Positions 57,976-64,000 of a DNA stretch of 64,000 bases are shown here, in pieces. The first letter of the stretch is position 1; every line of letters begins with the position of its first letter. Position numbers and translations under genes: made by a program. Source of the DNA: Eledone cirrhosa (Eukaryota); contig OZ024743.1 of assembly GCA_964016885.1 (NCBI GenBank), positions 200,012,001-200,076,000 of the forward strand, read 5' to 3'. The notes below the pieces were generated by a model that saw only the letters and a program-made list of their open reading frames with translations, searched no databases and was not told where the DNA came from.

Positions 57976-58856
57976 GGAGGTATATGGTCTTTAAAGCGAT
58001 GAAATACCAATGATGGTTGGAAGATCTCTGATGAAGGACTAACTTTATTCATATGTAACCCATTAGCAACCCCGCAGCACGTTTTTCTCATATTTACACA
58101 TATTTTTTTCCCCGCTGTTACACGTCTATTTCGTTCTTACTGTTACCTCTTTCTCTGTATCTTTACCCTCTCTAGCAGTCACTCTCTCTGTTAGCCTCTT
58201 CCTCACCCTTCACTCACTCATTCTCTGTTACTACCTCTCCTCCTCCTCCTTCTTCCCGTTTGACCTGTGCGTAATTCTTTTCTTTCGCACCCTTGGTCTG
58301 GCAGGTCGCTTTTCTTCTCTCTCTCGTCTACGATTTCACAGAACTTACGTTCACCGAAATCACAGACTAGACCCCTTCTTCCTCCCGTTAGACCTGTACG
58401 GAATTCCTTCCTTGCTTACATTCCAACCAGGTTTGATGGTCTTTATTCTCTCTCGTTCACGATTTCACCGAATTTAAATTCATAGAAATTTGGGACTTGA
58501 CTTCTTCTTCCTCACTTTTCGTTGCTTCACCATTTTTGATTGTTTACACTCGTGTTCCCTTTATTTACGTGTCCCAACGACTTTTTTTAGCCATTGCTCG
58601 CACCAACCGGAGGTATATTATCTTTAAAGCGATGAAATACCAATGATGGTTGGAAGATCACTGATGAAGGACTAACTTTATTCATATATATATATATATA
58701 TATATGAGTTTACACATAGACCAACGTACATATGCACCGAATTAAGTTCTCATATAATGTATATAGTGTCAATATGATATTCGTTGTTAACTTGGCAGTT
58801 TACTTCGGAGTTTCGCCGACATATATATTATGCATATGTCGCCATCTCCCCCCCCC

Positions 58857-58897
<41 letters not shown>

Positions 58898-59694
58898 GAT
58901 ATATATATATATACATATAAAGAAATTAGTTTCAAATATAAAGGACTGGAAAGTTGTAGGTGAAAAAGGACGATGAAACAATTGTAAATTAAATTATGGT
59001 ATAAATAATTGTTTCTAGTTTAGGCACAAGGCCAGCAAATCCCCAGTACATTACCGGTGCTTTGTTTTATCGATCCCGTAAGGATGAAAGGCAAATTTAA
59101 ACTCGGCGGGATCTGAACGCAGAATGGAAAGGGCCGTAACTTTTTGAGTCAAAGCATGGAGTTTGACCCTCTACCGATACTTCCAATCTACCACGCATGA
59201 TATAAATAATTATTTCTACTTTTGGCACAAGGCCAGCAATTACCAGTACATTACTGGTACTTTATTTTATCGACCCCGTAAGGATGAAAGGCAAAGTTAA
59301 CCCCGACGGGATTTGAACTCAGACCGTAAACGGACGTAACTAAGCTAGAAAGCATGGCGTCCAACCCTCTACCGAAACTGCCAATTCAACAGCATGAACT
59401 CCACTAATCTTAATAATGTATTGAGATTTCAAATGTGCCTCTATCCCTTTTCCTACCCACTGAGACAACTCTTATAATGTCACTATTGTCCAATAATGGC
59501 CAAATTATCTATGTGAACAGTTATAGAGAGTAATCAATCACTGATGATTGAACCTAGTCCCTCAAATAAATCCTAGGTATTGTATATAAAAGAAATGTCT
59601 TTCCATCAGTTTATGACATAGACAGTTGACTAAAGATATATGCTGTTCTTTTGTGTAAAATATACTATCCAGATTTCTTTTTGGTTACTCGTTC

Positions 59695-59750
<56 letters not shown>

Positions 59751-59837
59751 ATCAAACACATATACACACACATAAACAAACACACACACACACACACACT
59801 AAATATGTATGTGTGTGTATAAATATGGGATGACAAC

Positions 59838-60560
59838 GTTCTTTGAGATACTGGCTGGAGTGCTCCAGGGAGATACATTGGCTCCCTACCTTTTTATCAT
59901 GCAATGGACTATTGTATGCGCCTTGCGCTGGAGAAACACCAGGACTCTGGCTTTACTGTAACACCGGCTCAGAGCAGGAGAGTTAAGGCGAAAAAGGTAT
60001 CGGATGCTGAATTTGCCGACGACATAGTTTTGGTGACAAACACAGTGACGGAGGCAGAGGATTTGATGCAGGAGGTGGAGCCTGTGTCGATGAGTGTGGG
60101 GCTGAGAATGAATGAGATTAAGACGAAATATCTGGTAGAGAATATTAAGAAGCCAGAGAAGATTACTAATGTAGGCGGGAAGCCGCTAGAATGGGTTGAG
60201 AACTTCCTGTATTTGGGAGCAAAGATTGGGAATACGGAAGATGATGTGGTCGAGAGGAAGAGCAAAGCCTGGGTGGCGTGCCACAGCTTGAGATCCGTGT
60301 GGAAGTTGGACCTTCGTAAAGACCTGAAGATCCGTCTCTTCGTTGCTGTAGTGGAGTCTGTGCTGCTGTACGGGTCTGGGACTTGGACAATGACCAAGAA
60401 ACTCACTCAGATGGTGGATGGGTGCTACACGAGAATGCTGAGGGTGGCTCTGAACCTTAATCAGTATACACTGAGGATGAAGAACGCAGAGTTGTACGGG
60501 AACCTCCCAAAAGTCAGTTCAAAAGTGACACAGAAGAGACTGAGGTTAGCTGGACATGCT
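59838..60560 (+). mobile_element. RTE-clade LINE internal fragment, same family as 1439-4266
   Basis: Closely matches the reverse complement of ~1651-2372. ORF 59904-60596 has AEFADDI, FLYLGAKI, VESVLLYGS and RLRLAGHA. Truncated at both ends. Confidence 0.93.
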
Positions 60561-62805
60561 AAATCAGGGCCATTCCTGATGATTTCATACACATGAAATA
60601 GTGTAGTAGAAGCCATTTTTATATTAAATAATAATGTTTACACTCTACTAATGTATTGAAAACCTTATTTACTGTCGTTTCCTCCGATTTACCTCTGGAT
60701 CTACACACACAGACAAACACACGCGCACACACACACGCGCACATACACAAACACACACATATTTATGTGTGTTTATATACATGTTTATACACACACATAT
60801 TTATATAAATAAGTGTTTGTATGTGAGTATGTATATATATGTGTGTGAGTGTATGCAGATATGTGCATGTCTATGTATGTATACTCCAAACTACTAACTT
60901 CCTCAATGAAAAGATTAACACACTTGTTTTAATCATAAAAAACACAAACAACTGCAACACCTACACCACGAGTGCCCAACCAGTTTCACGTGGAAGAATT
61001 CTCCACCACCCACTTGTATAGTAAATTTTCAAAAGCCTACCAAAAAGTGTTTGGTAAAAGTCTGTTACTTGTTCATTATGCTCCTTCAGCAGTGAATTGG
61101 CAGCATCGGTAGAGGGTTGGACGCCATGCTTTCTAGCATAGTTACGTCCCTTTACGATCTGAGTTCAAATCCCGCCGAGGTTAACTTTGCCTTTCATCCT
61201 TACGGGGTCGATAAAATAAAGTACCAGTAATGTACTGGTTAATTGCTGGCCTTGTGCCAAAAGTAGAAACAATTATTCTCATTCAGCCTCCCGTTTATAT
61301 ATATATATATATACATACACACACGCTCTTTCCATATCTCCTTTGTATATGATTTCGGGGAACCATAATTTTAAATTCCTTCTTAATACTCAAAATCCTA
61401 TATCGTTCACCAAACTTTCCAATCGCCCAGCCAACAGTTGATATCGTTCACTAGGGTGGGATATCATTTAGGTTGGGAAATCCTGACCTGTATCACTAAA
61501 CATATAGGATGACAACAACGAAAACAGTGGCCACACACATATATGCGCGTAGTATTTCCTGTAACAGTTTTAGTGACTGTCAAAATCTATTAAAAGTTTA
61601 ACAACAGTAACATCTGCGGTAGCAACAGCAGTAACAGCAACATAAGCAGGAGCAAGAACTTGCATGTACACATATAATGTTTAAAAATGTATTATAAGCA
61701 GAGATTATCTGTTTTTAAAAACATTATATTTCCCTGTTGAGACAACAATACTTGATAGGGTGCATAGCTCAGAGATCAGAGAGTTGCTCCACGTTGAGCC
61801 GCTACTTCTGCGAATGGAGAGAGCACAGGTCCGATACTACGGGCTTACGGTAAGAATCGCTAAACAGATTTTATGAATAAAGCCATCTGACAGGAGACCA
61901 AGATGTTAACTACTAGCAAGATGGTTGGATAACATCCATGAGATCGGTTGGTCTCGATTGGAGATCCAGCCTAATCAATTAGACACGATTGCTTTGATAG
62001 GAGCACCAGGAAAGCGTGTCTAAGTACTCGCCTCATGATATTCCCGAGAAAAATGATAATAATTGTTTCTACTTTTGGCACAAGGCCAGCAATTATCCCA
62101 GTGTATTACTGGTACTTTATTTTATCGACCCCGTAAGGATGAAAAGCAAAGTTAACCTCGGCGGGATTTAATGATAATAATTGTTTCTACTTTAGGCACA
62201 AGGCCAGCAATTTTGGGGAGGAGGGGAAAGTCGATTAAATCGTCCCCAGTGCGTTACTGGTACTTTATTTTATCGACCCCGTAAGGATGAAAGGCAAAGC
62301 TATCCTCGGCGGGATTTGAACTCAGAACGTAAAGGCCGTTACTTTATGCTGAAACGAAGAAGAAGAAGAAGAAGAAGAAGAAGAAGAAGAAGAAGGTTCA
62401 CGAAATTGTCACCAGCCTACTGTGCTATAAATAGTTCAAATTGTACAGTGGTCATCAAGTGTTAAACTTGGCTTTCCCAGGAGTAAATGTTCTGATTCTC
62501 TAATTGTACATAACATTTTCAGTTATGAAAAATTATCTGGAACTGAAAAGAAAATTTGAAGTAGGCATATTTTGCTTATTAAAACATTATTTTTTTTTCT
62601 TTCTGTCCTTTTGAATCTTACAATCTGTACGAGTGTTAGTAATCGACGTCTATACATTGTCTGATAGTAATTAACCCTAGTACGACAGATGCATGGTAAT
62701 ATTCCTGCGGTTGGTTCTTCCCTCTTTTCTTTTCTGTAGCCAGAGTTATTTTAGCCAATATATTCGACTATTATTTATAGTTCATCTGCATTGTGGCGGT
62801 TTTTC

Positions 62806-62916
<111 letters not shown>

Positions 62917-64000
62917 ACATACGCACACAAACATAAAAACACACACAAACACACACACATACGCGCACAGACATACTAATATAATTCAAAAGCATACAGG
63001 TAAGTCAGTAGTAACAACTTCCCCTCTCACTCCCCATAAAATAAGTACTAATTATGTGCTTAGTTGAAGTAAGAGCTATTGAGACACCTACAAACGTGTA
63101 TCACATATCAATTGCTTTATTTAAAATAAAATTTAAAATGAAATAAAATAGAATTAAAAATAAAACAAAATTAAAAATGAATTAAAATAAAATTATAAGT
63201 ATAATGAAAATTGATGAGCCGTTAATTCTGATAATAGGATTCCAGTTGTTTGATGTGTGGAAGTATCTCCTGATTACAGAGCTCTGTGTTTAGAACAGAA
63301 GGGTTAACTGTTTGACATTTTATCAGTGTTTTAAAGATACCAATTAGTAATTCTGGAGTGTCTGGCACACTTTCAAGACAGTAAGGTACCAGAAATTCTA
63401 GACTCAGCCGAATTTTTTTTCTTTCTTTTCTTTTTTTGTTTGTTTGTTTATCTCTTCTATAATCCTGTTATTACGTTTCAATAATTCTTTTGTGCTGCTG
63501 TAATAGAGAACGTAGGCGACGAATTGGCAAAGTCGTTAAAACGTTGAGTAGAATGCGAGGCAGTATAAGTTCAGGTTCTCTATGCACTAAGTTAAATACA
63601 GTTAAGGTTAACTATACCTTTCATCCTTTCGAGGTGGATAAATATAACACTAGTTCAGTACTGGGGTAGATTCTTCCTCTATCTCTCTTTTTCTATATCT
63701 TTACCTTTCTATAGAAGAAAACCGTCGTGTTCTATCATGTAGAAGGATGGGATCCGTAAGATATCCGCAAAATACACGCCATATGTCACGACTGCGCATC
63801 TTAAAGTCTCCAACCATGGAATATAAAATATACAATCTTATTTCTCTGGATCTCTTGAAAAAGCTCCATATTCCGGTTTCTTCGTGGGCAATAATCGCAT
63901 TACTTTGAAACTGATCCTGGAGAAATTGGTTAAGGCAATCTTTATATATCTATGTAGTTTGTACGTAAATTTCAAGGCGATCTAGTTGCCTATGGCTTTT

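Noticed and set aside
58628-58683. Family B string GAAATACC..CTGATGAAGGAC as a permuted hammerhead
   Set aside because: Stem III lacks a proper UH site and stems I/II do not pair convincingly.

Overview
This is eukaryotic, AT-rich, repeat-saturated DNA, probably from an animal; the SINE and microsatellite content is reminiscent of cephalopod/octopus genomes (inference). No host protein-coding exon is recognisable, and most listed ORFs are translations of (TA)n/(CA)n microsatellites. The real content is mobile DNA. (1) RTE-clade LINE copies at 1439-4266 (-), 59838-60560 (+) and a decayed one at ~11450-12290. (2) Two full-length, head-to-tail Tx1/L1-clade LINEs (16069-21876 and 21993-27837, - strand), each embedded in (GATA)n/(GA)n repeats. 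(3) A Penelope-like element with an open RT + GIY-YIG ORF (33769-35991) flanked by ~1.7 kb inverted terminal repeats carrying hammerhead ribozymes. (4) A near-perfect 616-bp tandem array of ~5.2 copies (38506-41700). (5) About 20 tRNA-derived SINEs, a hAT MITE with an 8-bp TSD, and hAT transposase relics. The most striking pattern is more than a dozen short fold-back palindromes, mostly sitting in (TA)n tracts. They belong to several unrelated sequence families, most carry minimal type I hammerhead ribozyme motifs, and several have their symmetry axis in the ribozyme stem II loop.
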